DNA of 60,317 nucleotides, the filler included. It is 7 parts of 7 records of this genome, joined end to end, with 100 filler letters (N's around TTAATTAATTAA, not from the genome) between each part and the next. Parts side by side here need not be neighbours in the genome. Positions count along the whole stretch, not along the records: positions 44,411 to 53,747 come from SRR31156797_29508; positions 53,848 to 60,317 come from SRR31156797_29510; 5 more parts are not named here. One strand, given 5' to 3'. The position numbers and the translations under genes are program-made. Shown here one piece after another: positions 50,653 through 60,317 of the stretch. Numbering within the stretch: position 1 is the first letter of the stretch; every line of letters starts with the position of its first letter. A model generated the notes under the pieces. It made no database searches. It had not been told where the DNA came from and worked only from the letters and a program-made list of their open reading frames with translations.

Positions 50653-51507
50653 CTATCCTTTCACGGCTCCGCCAGCTAATCCATCTACAAATCTTTTTTG
50701 CAAAGTTATAAACAAAATAATTATGGGTATTATAGATATGATAACCGCTGCCATGAGCTCGCCCCATTGGATTCCATATTGTGTTATATAGTTATATAAA
50801 CCTATCGAAATCATTCTCAGACTTTCTTTTGTTGTAAATGTAAACGATACAAGAAAGTCATTCCATACATATACCGAGCTTAGAAGTGCTGCCGATATTA
50901 TTCCTGGCTGAGATATCGGTAATATTATTCTGTAGAACGTTTTAATGTTTGAACATCCGTCAACTGTTGCTGCCTCGATAATTTCGGTTGGTGTCTTGTC
51001 AAAAAATCCTTTGAGTATCCATATTAATATTGGCGTTCTCCAAGCTGTATATATTAGTATTAACAACAACCTAGTATTATATAATCCAACTTTTACCGAT
51101 AACATGTATAACGGAATCAGCAATGCCACTGTCGGTACCATACTCGTCATTAAAACTGCAAACATAATTTTGTTAGAATTTCTTACCTTAAGTTTTGATA
51201 ACGCATATGCTGCGTGGGAAGCGACAAAGGTCGATAATAATACACTCAAAAATGTGACTATAATGCTGTTCATAAAATATGTAGAAAAGTTTGACTTAAA
51301 CAATACCTTGAAATAACTGCTGAAATCCAGAACAGAAGGAAACACTACAGGAGGAAACTTATTTATTTCTCCTGCCTGCTTTAGTGAAGTTGTCAGCCCC
51401 CACAAAATCGGTGTCATAGTAATAACAATCATTATTACTAAAATCACATAAGTAGCAATATCTAAACCAGTGCTTCTTTCCAGATTTTTAGTTACTTTTC
51501 TATTCAT
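50653..51507 (-). CDS. Sugar ABC transporter permease (MalG-like)
   Basis: EIIEAATVDG, WNDFL. Confidence 0.92.
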   Translation of the reverse strand: MNRKVTKNLERSTGLDIATYVILVIMIVITMTPILWGLTTSLKQAGEINKFPPVVFPSVLDFSSYFKVLFKSNFSTYFMNSIIVTFLSVLLSTFVASHAAYALSKLKVRNSNKIMFAVLMTSMVPTVALLIPLYMLSVKVGLYNTRLLLILIYTAWRTPILIWILKGFFDKTPTEIIEAATVDGCSNIKTFYRIILPISQPGIISAALLSSVYVWNDFLVSFTFTTKESLRMISIGLYNYITQYGIQWGELMAAVIISIIPIIILFITLQKRFVDGLAGGAVKG

Positions 51508-51524
51508 TATTATCCCCCCATTAC

Positions 51525-52427
51525 CTACTTTTCCTTATTAAGTCTCAGCATTCTAATATATAAAAGAGTAAATATAACATTCATTGCAAATATCATTACA
51601 CTATAAGCTGAACCAACATCCATATGCCAGTAGTCAAATCCTTCTTTAAATGCCTTCACACTTAATGTTTCTGTTGCTCCAAATGGTCCACCTGCTGTCA
51701 TAACATATATCAAAGTAACCATATTAAAATATTCCATGCTTTGGATTATTATCGCAGTTACTATTGTCGGCTTTATTATGGGTATTGTAATTTTTCTGAA
51801 AATAGCCCATCTTTTTGCGCCGTCTATTCTTGCAGCTTCATACAATTCTTTAGGTATCGTTTGCAATGCTGCCAAAGTTAAAATCAATACTATAGGGAAT
51901 GTATTCCAAACATTTGCAAACACAACAGTAAACTTTGCAATTAGCTCTTCATTAAAAAAGTCAGCCTTTACTCCTGTAATAGAATATATAAGATATACGA
52001 TTGGTCCATAGTTTGCATTAAGCAGCCATTTTAGCAACAACGCCGTAACTGTCTGCGACAATACCCAAGGAATTATAATCATGGTTCTTATAAGACCTCT
52101 GTACCTAATCTTTCTATTTAGAAGCGTACCCACTCCAACACCAAGCGGTATAACTATCAGCAATGAAAGAAATACATATACAATTGAGTTAAGTATTCTC
52201 ATCCAACCTTCGCTTGAAGATAATATGTCAACAAAATGTTTAAATCCTACATATTCTCCGATTTCGGCATAAATACTTGTATGCACACTCGTGTAAAACG
52301 AATAAATTATAGGAACTAACGTAATGCATAAAATTAGTAAAATTGCAGGAGCTAAAAACAAAATAGCAACTCTATTATTACTTCTATTAATTTTATTAAC
52401 CATAGTATTTTTCATATTACTCTCCAA
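51525..52427 (-). CDS. Sugar ABC transporter permease (MalF-like)
   Basis: ELYEAARIDGA, MTAGGP. Confidence 0.92.
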   Translation of the reverse strand: MESNMKNTMVNKINRSNNRVAILFLAPAILLILCITLVPIIYSFYTSVHTSIYAEIGEYVGFKHFVDILSSSEGWMRILNSIVYVFLSLLIVIPLGVGVGTLLNRKIRYRGLIRTMIIIPWVLSQTVTALLLKWLLNANYGPIVYLIYSITGVKADFFNEELIAKFTVVFANVWNTFPIVLILTLAALQTIPKELYEAARIDGAKRWAIFRKITIPIIKPTIVTAIIIQSMEYFNMVTLIYVMTAGGPFGATETLSVKAFKEGFDYWHMDVGSAYSVMIFAMNVIFTLLYIRMLRLNKEK

Positions 52428-52441
52428 ACATACAATAAATA

Positions 52442-53371
52442 TTACAACAATTTCTCTATAATTCTTTTTGATAGAGCAAACAATTGATTAGCTTCATGTT
52501 TATATACCTTCTGCAAATTTCCCTTTATACACCTTGTTTTCAAATCAAAATCAATACCATTTAGTCTCATATAATATTTAGCAATCATAGGATATTGATG
52601 CACCTCGATTAGCGAGCATACTGTTAACAGCTCTTGAATTTCTTCAGCTTCTATACTGTAGTTTAAATAGTTTTTCGTAAGCCATACATAAAGTTCAGGA
52701 TGAAAGTTTGCCATTACTCCGCTGTAACCTGCTGCACCCATTTTGAGACTTTCTAATAAAGTTGCCGTATTTGCATTATATAGCTCAAGTCTATTATCTT
52801 TTATTAAATCTAATTTAGTCTTAATTAAATCTATATCGCAGCAGGTATCTTTTAGAAAGTAAAACCTGTTTGTATCAGCACAATGACTAATTAAATCTGC
52901 TTCCAAAACCCTTTTATATGGGTAAGGACATTCATAAAGTCCAAGAGCTATATCTTCAGGCAGACTAGCAAAGATGGTATCAAAATTTTTCTTCCATACA
53001 TTATTTGACTCATTCTGATCTGCAAATCTATTTGTAATTAATATAAGAGCATCAATCCCTGTGTTTATCATTTCATTTAGCTCAAAGATTTGTTCTTCAA
53101 TAGATTTTGAAATATGTCCACTTGCAATAACAGGCACACGTTTGTTTGCAGCAGATACAATAAATCTCGCCAATTCAACTCTTTCGTCTAATGATAGGAA
53201 AAACATTTCGCTCGACTGACATACAGCAAATAATCCATCTATACCTTTATCGATGTACCATTCTATTTGTTTTTCTAACACATCATAATCAATCTTATTT
53301 TCATTCGTGAATGGAGTTAACATTGTTGGCCAAACTCCAGCCGGAAATTGGGTATTTGTAGACTTATTCAC
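52442..53371 (-). CDS. DapA-like (DHDPS/NAL superfamily) aldolase/lyase
   Basis: GVWPTMLTPF, CQSSE, LYECP, FLKDT. GTG at 53371 preferred, because the track start lies within the operator region. Confidence 0.85.
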   Translation of the reverse strand: MNKSTNTQFPAGVWPTMLTPFTNENKIDYDVLEKQIEWYIDKGIDGLFAVCQSSEMFFLSLDERVELARFIVSAANKRVPVIASGHISKSIEEQIFELNEMINTGIDALILITNRFADQNESNNVWKKNFDTIFASLPEDIALGLYECPYPYKRVLEADLISHCADTNRFYFLKDTCCDIDLIKTKLDLIKDNRLELYNANTATLLESLKMGAAGYSGVMANFHPELYVWLTKNYLNYSIEAEEIQELLTVCSLIEVHQYPMIAKYYMRLNGIDFDLKTRCIKGNLQKVYKHEANQLFALSKRIIEKLL

Positions 53372-53386
53372 ATCAATCTCGCTTTC

Positions 53387-53425
53387 GTGTTCGTTATTGT
53401 CGAACACTGTTCTTTATTGAGTACA
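53387..53425. promoter_or_regulatory. Palindromic operator plus adjacent degenerate copy; probable IclR site
   Basis: GTGTTCG-TTATTGT-CGAACAC followed by TGTTCTTTATTGAGTACA, lying between the -10 box and the start codon. Confidence 0.65.
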
Positions 53426-53453
53426 TTATAGCATTATACTACCCTTGTGTCAA
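53425..53453 (-). promoter_or_regulatory. Consensus sigmaA promoter of the sugar operon
   Basis: TTGACA-17 nt-TATAAT with extended -10 TG. Confidence 0.85.
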
Positions 53454-53847
53454 TAATCTAACTAAATATTTTGGCTCTGTTACAAAAACATCAAAGAATC
53501 TGCCGTGTTGCAGGAACATAATAAAATTTTAAAAACAAGTAGGAGAATTATATTATATGAAAAATAATCTGCTTAATGGAAACATTTCAGTAAGGATATA
53601 ATTTTACTATGCGTTCGTTGGGAGCAATTTCGCTTTTACTCATCAAGCCGTATGTTTAGAGGCGGTGCAAAAACAGAAGCTGGAGTGAATAGACCAGTAG
53701 CAGAGCGATTTCGGCTCAACAACTCAAAACAGGCTCTACAAGGCAACNNNNNNNNNNNNNNNNNNNNNNNNNNNNNNNNNNNNNNNNNNNNTTAATTAAT
53801 TAANNNNNNNNNNNNNNNNNNNNNNNNNNNNNNNNNNNNNNNNNNNN

Positions 53848-55466
53848 CCAAGAAAGCGGGTGTCGGAAAGCTTGACGGCTTCAACTGTCCAATATTTTAA
53901 ACTCCCCTGTTTATGTACAAATGAGTAGTCGCCGGAGGCTTTTCCTTTGGTGGTTACGGTTTCAAAATGTTTCCAGGCATTCTGCCTGTTTTCCGGTGCG
54001 AAAAGATCTGCCAGGTTCATTTTTAGTAATTCGTCGCTTGAGTAGCCTGTTATTTTTTCAGCTGCTTCGTTAACCTCCAGGTAATTCCCTTTTTCATCGG
54101 AGACAAAGATCCCATATGGTGCGTGGGTGATATAGCTTCGGAATTTTTTTTCGCCGGCCCGAAGTGCTTCCTCGGCCTTCTTGCCGGCCACGGTTTCCCA
54201 GGCCATGTCGGCAAGCTGCTGGACCGTCTTTACATCCTCTTCATCATAGTCAACTCTTTTGTTGCCTACGCCCAGTATGGCGACAATTTTTTCACCCCTG
54301 ATAACCGGAACAACAAGTTCGCGAATAATAGGTGCATGTCCTTCGGGCAGCCCTCTTTTATGAGGCAGGTTTTCATAGTCATTGTGAATAACTGCTCTTC
54401 GTACAAACACGCAATCAACCCAGACGCCGGCTTTAGATAAGGGGTAATGGAGACCGCCGCCTGCTGCGTCGCACATGTTGTTGAGTGTGTTTGTAGACCA
54501 GGTTTGCAGGGATATGGTTTCCTGATCGTTTTCAAAGAAGTGAAAAAAACCTATTTCACTGCCGGTCAGGGCTTCCGCTTCATCCAGAAATTGTTGGAGT
54601 AGTTCATTGGCGGTGTGCTCGGCGGCAAAGTCGATAAGCCGCAGGCGCGTCGCCTGGATTTTTTCCAGGCGCTTGCGTTCAGTGATGTCCGTAACCTGGG
54701 TGAGAACGCCGGGCGAACCATCGGCCAGGACCACCGGTGTTTTCCTGATTTCCCCTGTGAACAACCTGCAGCCGATGTCGGCATCACCCTCAACCTTGAT
54801 AGCGCGCCCGGTTTCCAGAACCGTCTTGTATTCATCCATGTCCTGGTTGCTTAAAAATGGAAACAGGTCCTTGAGGGGCGTTCCCGGAATTTCATTTTCA
54901 AGCCCGATCAGCTCGCACCATTCCTTGAATTTTTCATTGTAAAGGACAATGCACAGATTGCTGTCGACCAGGTGGACCGCATCCTCAATGGAATCAACCG
55001 TCCTTCTGTACAGTTCCTCGCTCTGACGCAAAGCTTCTTCGGCATTCCTTCGTTTTTGGTCTAACCTGGCTGCGTACAGAGCCATTTCCACCGTGATTCT
55101 TAAATCCCTGTCCTGAAACGGCTTAAGCAAGTACCCGAATGGGTAAGTCAGCTTGGCCTGCTCCAAACGGTCGGTGTCTGCATAAGCCGTTAGGAATACA
55201 ACAGGGATGCCCCATTTGTCCTTGATGATTTCGGCGGTTTTTATTCCGTCCTGTTCGCCGTTAAGGACTATATCCATAATAACCAGGTCGGGCTTATGCA
55301 ATTTGATCAACTCAAGAGCCAGTTCGCCGGATGTAGCTTTACCGCTGATATTGTAGCCCTGTCCTGTGAGGCGGGATTCAAGATCGGCGGCTATTATTAT
55401 TTCATCTTCGACGATAAGAATGTCGGCGGTATTTTTATCGGCGCCCATAAAATGATCCTGCTTCAT
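53848..55466 (-). CDS. Receiver-PAS-GAF-PAS signalling protein, 3' truncated
   Basis: ILIVEDE...PDLVIMDI...FLTAY...KPF receiver, two PAS folds, GAF (LPEGHAPIIRELVVP). Confidence 0.88.
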
Positions 55467-56033
55467 TTATTTAAGAAAAAAAACGTTATAAATACTATGG
55501 TCGTTCGGTTGGGAAAATACTTATCAAGAATACACATATTTAAATTTGTAACATATACCGCCTTGTAATAGAAGGTTTGGTGGAATTAACCGGTGACTTT
55601 AATAATAGTGTGGGATATCATTTACAACGTTTGTGATAGCAAAAGGAACTAATAAAAATGTGCGAATCAGTTTGAAGTGCAATAATAAAAAGGATATGTT
55701 ACATTATTAACGAGTCCATGGGGTCATGTTTACATATTCAATTACTTGAGGCGGCTATGGACTCGGCGGATAAGTAAGCCTTCAGAATAATTATTAATAT
55801 ACTTCGATAAAAATTGCGTACGATAGGCGCCCATTTTTCGGGATTCGCACGGTTGGCGGTTATGCTCAATGCAGACTTAAAGAGCGTGACCAAAACAGCT
55901 TGATTTTGGAGAACCAAGGTTGAAGCGGGTTATTCGGGATTAATCCCTGCCCAACAGGATGTTGTTGTTGAAATAATTAATGTCAATGAAGTCAATTATA
56001 TAAAACAATAATTAACAAAGGCAGAGGGAAGTT

Positions 56034-57953
56034 ATGAGACGAGCATTGATTTGTATTATGTTTTTGGTCTTAAGCGCCTTGTTGGCGGCGCCTGTTGCGG
56101 CCGATCAGCAGGCCGGGGAAATGACCCTTGATGAAAAAGAGGCTGCCGGGAACTGGAAGGCCAAGGGATATTCTCCCTATGCGGACCGGGAATACCCGAC
56201 CCGGCCGCTGTGGGGCGACACTCACCTGCATACTTCCAATTCACCGGATGCATTCGCCTTCGGCAACCGGCTTGGCCCTGAGCAGGCGTACCGGTTTGCT
56301 CGGGGGGAAACGGTCACTTCGGTCACCGGCCAGAGGGCCCAGCTTTCCCGGCCCCTGGATTTTCTGGTAGTGGCCGATCACGGCGTGGCCATGGGGGCCA
56401 TGATGGAGCTTTACAAGGGCAATCCCGCCCTTATGAAGGATGAGCGTCTCAAACGCTGGCATTCGATGATGAAAGAAAGCCCCGAGCAGGGCGTCAAGGC
56501 AGCCGGTGAGCTTATTGCCGCAGGAAGCCAGGGAGACATCCCGCCGGCCATGCTGGACCCAAAGATCGCGCGCACTGTCTGGGCCGAATATACCAAGATC
56601 GCGGAAAAGTTCAATGATCCTGGCCGATTCACAACCCTGTTGGGCTATGAATGGACGTCGCTTATCAAGGGCAACAATCTGCACCGGGTGGTTATTTTCC
56701 GGGGCGACAAATCCAAGGTGGACCAGATCCTGCCTTTCACCTTTGCCGACAGCACGGATCCCGAAAAGTTATGGGAATTCATGGAAGCTTATGAAAAGAA
56801 AACCGGCGACTTTGTCCTGGCCATTCCTCACAACGGCAACCTTTCCAACGGCATGATGTTTGCTCTTAATACTTTGTCCGATAAGCCCATTGACAAGGCC
56901 TATGCCGAGAAGCGGGCCCGCTGGGAGCCGGTGTATGAGATCACCCAAATCAAGGGCGACGGCGAATCCCACTCATTTCTTTCTCCCAACGATGAATTTG
57001 CCGGGTATGAAGTGTGGGACAAGGGCAACCTGGACTTGAGCCAGGTCAAGGCCGACGACATGCTTCAATATGAGTACGCGCGCGAAGCCCTTAAAAACGG
57101 TCTTCGACTGGCCGCCGACATCGGCGTCAACCCATTCAAGTTCGGCGTGATCGGCAGCACCGATTCCCACACTTCCCTGGCCACTGCGGCCGAGGAAAAC
57201 TTTTTTGGCAAACATTCCGGCAAGGAGCCTGGCGCAGACCGCTGGAAAAAACCTGTGTTGGCCACGCCCGCCGGAGACGTGATGGGTTGGGAGCAGGTTT
57301 CATCCGGCCTGGCCGCGGTGTGGGCGACCGAAAACACCCGTGAAGCCATATGGGACGCCATCAGCCGGCGGGAAGTATATGCCACAACCGGTTCCCGGAT
57401 TTGGGTGCGTTTCTGGGGCGGTTGGGATTTCAAACCTTCCGACGCCGCGAGTCGTCTGCCTGGCGATATAGGCTACACCAAGGGCGTGCCCATGGGCGGC
57501 GACCTTAACAAGGCGCCGGAAGGCAAAGCGCCGACATTTCTGGTGGCTGCCCTGAAAGACCCCTACAGCGGCAACCTGGATCGTATTCAGATCATTAAGG
57601 GTTGGCTGGATAAGGACGGCAAGACTCAAGAAAAAGTTTATGACGTGGTCTGGGGCGATGCGGAGCGCCGCCAACCGGGTAATGACGGGAAGCTGCCGCT
57701 GGTGGGCGACACCGTGGATGTTGAAAATGCAACCTGGACCAACACTATCGGCGATCCCGAATTGATAACGGTTTGGAAGGATCCGGATTTCGATCCGACC
57801 CGGCCGTCATTTTATTACGCTCGCGTGATCGAAATTCCGACCCCGCGCTGGACCGCTTATGACGCCAAACGCTTTAATATCAAGATGTCGAAAGAGGTTC
57901 CCATGACCACCCAGGAGCGGGCTTATACATCGGCGATTTGGTATACGCCTTAA
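56034..57953 (+). CDS. Exported DUF3604 family protein (PHP-like metal-binding fold)
   Basis: Signal peptide, WGDTHLHT, DH, GYEWTS, NLHR, IPHNGN, GSTDSH, QERAYTSAIWY. Confidence 0.88.
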   Translation: MRRALICIMFLVLSALLAAPVAADQQAGEMTLDEKEAAGNWKAKGYSPYADREYPTRPLWGDTHLHTSNSPDAFAFGNRLGPEQAYRFARGETVTSVTGQRAQLSRPLDFLVVADHGVAMGAMMELYKGNPALMKDERLKRWHSMMKESPEQGVKAAGELIAAGSQGDIPPAMLDPKIARTVWAEYTKIAEKFNDPGRFTTLLGYEWTSLIKGNNLHRVVIFRGDKSKVDQILPFTFADSTDPEKLWEFMEAYEKKTGDFVLAIPHNGNLSNGMMFALNTLSDKPIDKAYAEKRARWEPVYEITQIKGDGESHSFLSPNDEFAGYEVWDKGNLDLSQVKADDMLQYEYAREALKNGLRLAADIGVNPFKFGVIGSTDSHTSLATAAEENFFGKHSGKEPGADRWKKPVLATPAGDVMGWEQVSSGLAAVWATENTREAIWDAISRREVYATTGSRIWVRFWGGWDFKPSDAASRLPGDIGYTKGVPMGGDLNKAPEGKAPTFLVAALKDPYSGNLDRIQIIKGWLDKDGKTQEKVYDVVWGDAERRQPGNDGKLPLVGDTVDVENATWTNTIGDPELITVWKDPDFDPTRPSFYYARVIEIPTPRWTAYDAKRFNIKMSKEVPMTTQERAYTSAIWYTP

Positions 57954-57957
57954 AAAC

Positions 57958-58097
57958 AAGTCATCTCAAAAATGTTCTTTGACCCAATATTTTTGTCAGG
58001 CTTGAAACGCAATCCTCGAAATATTTTTAATATTACTGCGGTTACGTTTCATCGCCTTCCTCAATCTTGGGCCAAACTCCTATTTTTGAAATAACTT
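57958..58097. repeat. 140-bp imperfect palindromic intergenic element (MITE-like)
   Basis: Terminal inverted repeats AAGTCATCTCAAAAAT / ATTTTTGAAATAACTT (14/16) with nested internal arms. Confidence 0.7.
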
Positions 58098-58141
58098 ATA
58101 ATTAATGCAAAACCAAACAACCTGATTGGGAGGTACATTTT

Positions 58142-60100
58142 ATGAATAGATTTTTCCATTCATTCTCGGGCTTAACCGCGGCTTTGATATTCGCGGCAAC
58201 CGCCGCGCTGATCATGACTATGCCGGCAACCGTTTTTGCCGATTATGCCGGCGCCATAAAAGCTGATGAGGAAAGCGTCAAAGCGGCCGTCAAGAAAAAA
58301 GGCTATTCACCCTATGCCGGGCGCAACTTCCCTAACAAGGTGTTATGGGGAGATACGCATTTGCACACCAGCCTATCCCTCGACGCCAGGGCGTTCGGCG
58401 TCACAATCGATCCTGAGGAGGCTTACAAGTTGGCGCGAGGCGATGAGATAACCACGACCCATGGCGAGCGTATTAAACTTTCAAGGCCGTTGGACTGGCT
58501 GGTGGTGACCGACCATTCCGACGCCATGGGCGCCATGAACGAGATTGTGGACGGCAATCCCGACCTGATGCGAGAGCCGATGTTGAGGGAGTGGCACGAG
58601 CAACTCTCGAAAGGCGGGGACGCCGCCCTGGCCGCGACCATGGATATTATAGAAACCTTTGCCGGCATCTCCGGTAAAAAGATTCCGGATATCGTCATGG
58701 ACAAGAATTTTGTGGGATCGATTTGGGAGGAATATCTTGAAACCGCGGAAAAATATAACGATCCTGGAAGATTTACCACTATCATCGGCTATGAATGGAC
58801 TTCCACGGAAAACGGCAACAACCTGCATAGAAATGTGCTCTACAGGGGCGGGCTTGAAGAAGCCAAACAGATGCTGCCTTTTACAGCAGCGGAAAGCTTC
58901 AACCCGGAAGACCTCTGGAAGTGGATGGAAGCCTATGAAAACAAGACCGGCGGCAGCGTCCTGGCCCTGGCCCATAACGGCAATGTCAGCAACGGCCTGA
59001 TGTTTCCGGAAATAAATCCTGTCACCGGCAACGCCATTACAAAGGAATATGCGGAAACAAGGATGCGTTGGGAGCCGATTTACGAAGTCACCCAGATCAA
59101 GGGAGACGGCGAGTCGCATCCATACCTTTCTCCAAATGATGAATTTGCGGGGTACGATACGCTTTGGGATAGAAGCAACCTGGGGCCGGTTCCCAAGAAA
59201 CCTGAAATGTATCAATATGAATACGCACGCGAAGCCCTAAAAATCGGTTTGAAACAGGAAGCAAAACTTGGTGTGAACCCCTACAAGTTCGGCATGGTGG
59301 GATCCACGGACAGTCATACCGGCCTGGCCACGGCCGAGGAAGAAAACTTTTTCGGCAAGCACAGCGGTAAGGAGCCTCATCCGGGAAGGTGGAAAGCGCT
59401 TGTCGGTGAATTCGGCGATTTTAAAATTTATGGTTGGGAGCAGGTTGCATCAGGATATGCAGCTGTGTGGGCTACGGAAAACACCCGTGAGGCTATCTGG
59501 GACGCCATGAAGCGCAAGGAGGTGTACGCCACCACAGGTCCGCGCATGACCGTCTGGTTTTTCGGGGGCTGGAATTTCGAACCGGGTGATGCCGAAAAAC
59601 GGGCTCCAGGGCGTGTCGGGTATTCAAAGGGCGTGTCCATGGGGGGAGATTTGCAGAAAGCCCCAAGCGGAAAAGCGCCGACGTTCCTTGTGGCAGCGGT
59701 CAAGGATCCTTACAGCGGGAACCTGGACAGGATTCAGATTATCAAGGGCTGGCTTGATAAGGACGGCAAGACTCAAGAAAAGGTTTACGATGTGGCGTGG
59801 GGCGACGCCGAGAAACGCAATCCGGGCGCTGATGGAAAACTGCCGCTGGTAGGCAATACCGTGGATGTGCAGAAAGCAACCTGGACTAACAATATCGGCG
59901 ATCCCGAACTGATAACGGTCTGGAAGGACCCGGATTTTGACCCGTCACTCAAAGCTTTCTACTATGCGCGCGTGATCGAGATCCCGACGCCCCGCTGGAC
60001 GACTTACGATGCCGTACGATTTGGAGACAAGTTGTCGGATGAAGTTCCCAAGACAACCCAGGAGCGGGCTTACACTTCTCCTATCTGGTATACGCCGTAA
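58142..60100 (+). CDS. Exported DUF3604 family protein, tandem paralog
   Basis: Same motifs as the upstream gene; GGAGG upstream. Confidence 0.88.
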   Translation: MNRFFHSFSGLTAALIFAATAALIMTMPATVFADYAGAIKADEESVKAAVKKKGYSPYAGRNFPNKVLWGDTHLHTSLSLDARAFGVTIDPEEAYKLARGDEITTTHGERIKLSRPLDWLVVTDHSDAMGAMNEIVDGNPDLMREPMLREWHEQLSKGGDAALAATMDIIETFAGISGKKIPDIVMDKNFVGSIWEEYLETAEKYNDPGRFTTIIGYEWTSTENGNNLHRNVLYRGGLEEAKQMLPFTAAESFNPEDLWKWMEAYENKTGGSVLALAHNGNVSNGLMFPEINPVTGNAITKEYAETRMRWEPIYEVTQIKGDGESHPYLSPNDEFAGYDTLWDRSNLGPVPKKPEMYQYEYAREALKIGLKQEAKLGVNPYKFGMVGSTDSHTGLATAEEENFFGKHSGKEPHPGRWKALVGEFGDFKIYGWEQVASGYAAVWATENTREAIWDAMKRKEVYATTGPRMTVWFFGGWNFEPGDAEKRAPGRVGYSKGVSMGGDLQKAPSGKAPTFLVAAVKDPYSGNLDRIQIIKGWLDKDGKTQEKVYDVAWGDAEKRNPGADGKLPLVGNTVDVQKATWTNNIGDPELITVWKDPDFDPSLKAFYYARVIEIPTPRWTTYDAVRFGDKLSDEVPKTTQERAYTSPIWYTP

Positions 60101-60224
60101 AAGCCTTTTCCAGGATTGATTAAGAGCAGCCCGGGCCCTAGCGCCCGGGTTGCTGTTGCATGGATACTTCGGTAGGGGTATAGTCTGCTTTGTAGAAATA
60201 TTAAAACCCTGCAATAATCCATTT

Positions 60225-60317
60225 GTAGGGGCGCCCCCCTGTGGGCGCCCATGTTTGTTCCTCGCTCCCGGGCTCCGAGGCTATGAACGAGATGAAATAA
60301 TGTTCAACCGTAGGGGC
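60225..60317 (+). repeat. GTAG-type REP-like palindromes (one complete at 60225-60250, a second starting at 60310)
   Basis: GTAG-GGGCGCCC-CCCTGT-GGGCGCCC (G shared); window ends in GTAGGGGC. Confidence 0.6.

Noticed and set aside
53557-53747. AGGAG followed by MKNNLLNGNIS..., possibly a frameshifted MATE-transporter start
   Set aside because: Stops after 14 codons and the similarity is too short to call a pseudogene

Overview
The window is not one locus. It is seven unrelated contigs joined by 100-nt N spacers that carry TTAATTAATTAA (stops in all six frames), so no linkage can be inferred across a spacer. (1) 1-7343: Opp/Dpp-type ABC transporter plus a CocE/NonD hydrolase. (2) 7444-18286, Desulfobacterota-like: rex, a split DUF1573-like gene whose in-frame UGA looks like selenocysteine, rnhA, a PAS-GAF histidine kinase with a Cys-rich insert, PaaI thioesterase, hpt, a K+ channel and a partial aldehyde:ferredoxin oxidoreductase. 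(3) 18387-26210, Arcobacter/Campylobacterota-like: leuC end, mobA, psrABC-type molybdoenzyme, three-domain rhodanese, rplT end. (4) 26311-38139, Desulfovibrionaceae-like: N-ATPase operon, map, recQ, a ppnN-like gene and a cyclase. (5) 38240-44310: mosaic mobile-element-like contig with an archaeal-looking tyrosine integrase, archaeal-style TATA promoters, and an AT-rich radical SAM/SPASM maturase followed by a 65-aa CGCPC peptide. (6) 44411-53747, clostridial-like: sugar-catabolic cluster (DapA-like lyase, ABC transporter, FAD oxidoreductase, IclR, fucI) with a perfect promoter and a palindromic operator. (7) 53848-60317: partial receiver-PAS-GAF-PAS protein, two tandem DUF3604 paralogs, a 140-bp palindromic element and GTAG-type REP-like repeats. 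The best candidates for new biology are the RiPP gene pair in contig 5 and the recoded U-G-C selenoprotein in contig 2. Family and taxon calls come from motif recognition only; no searches were run.
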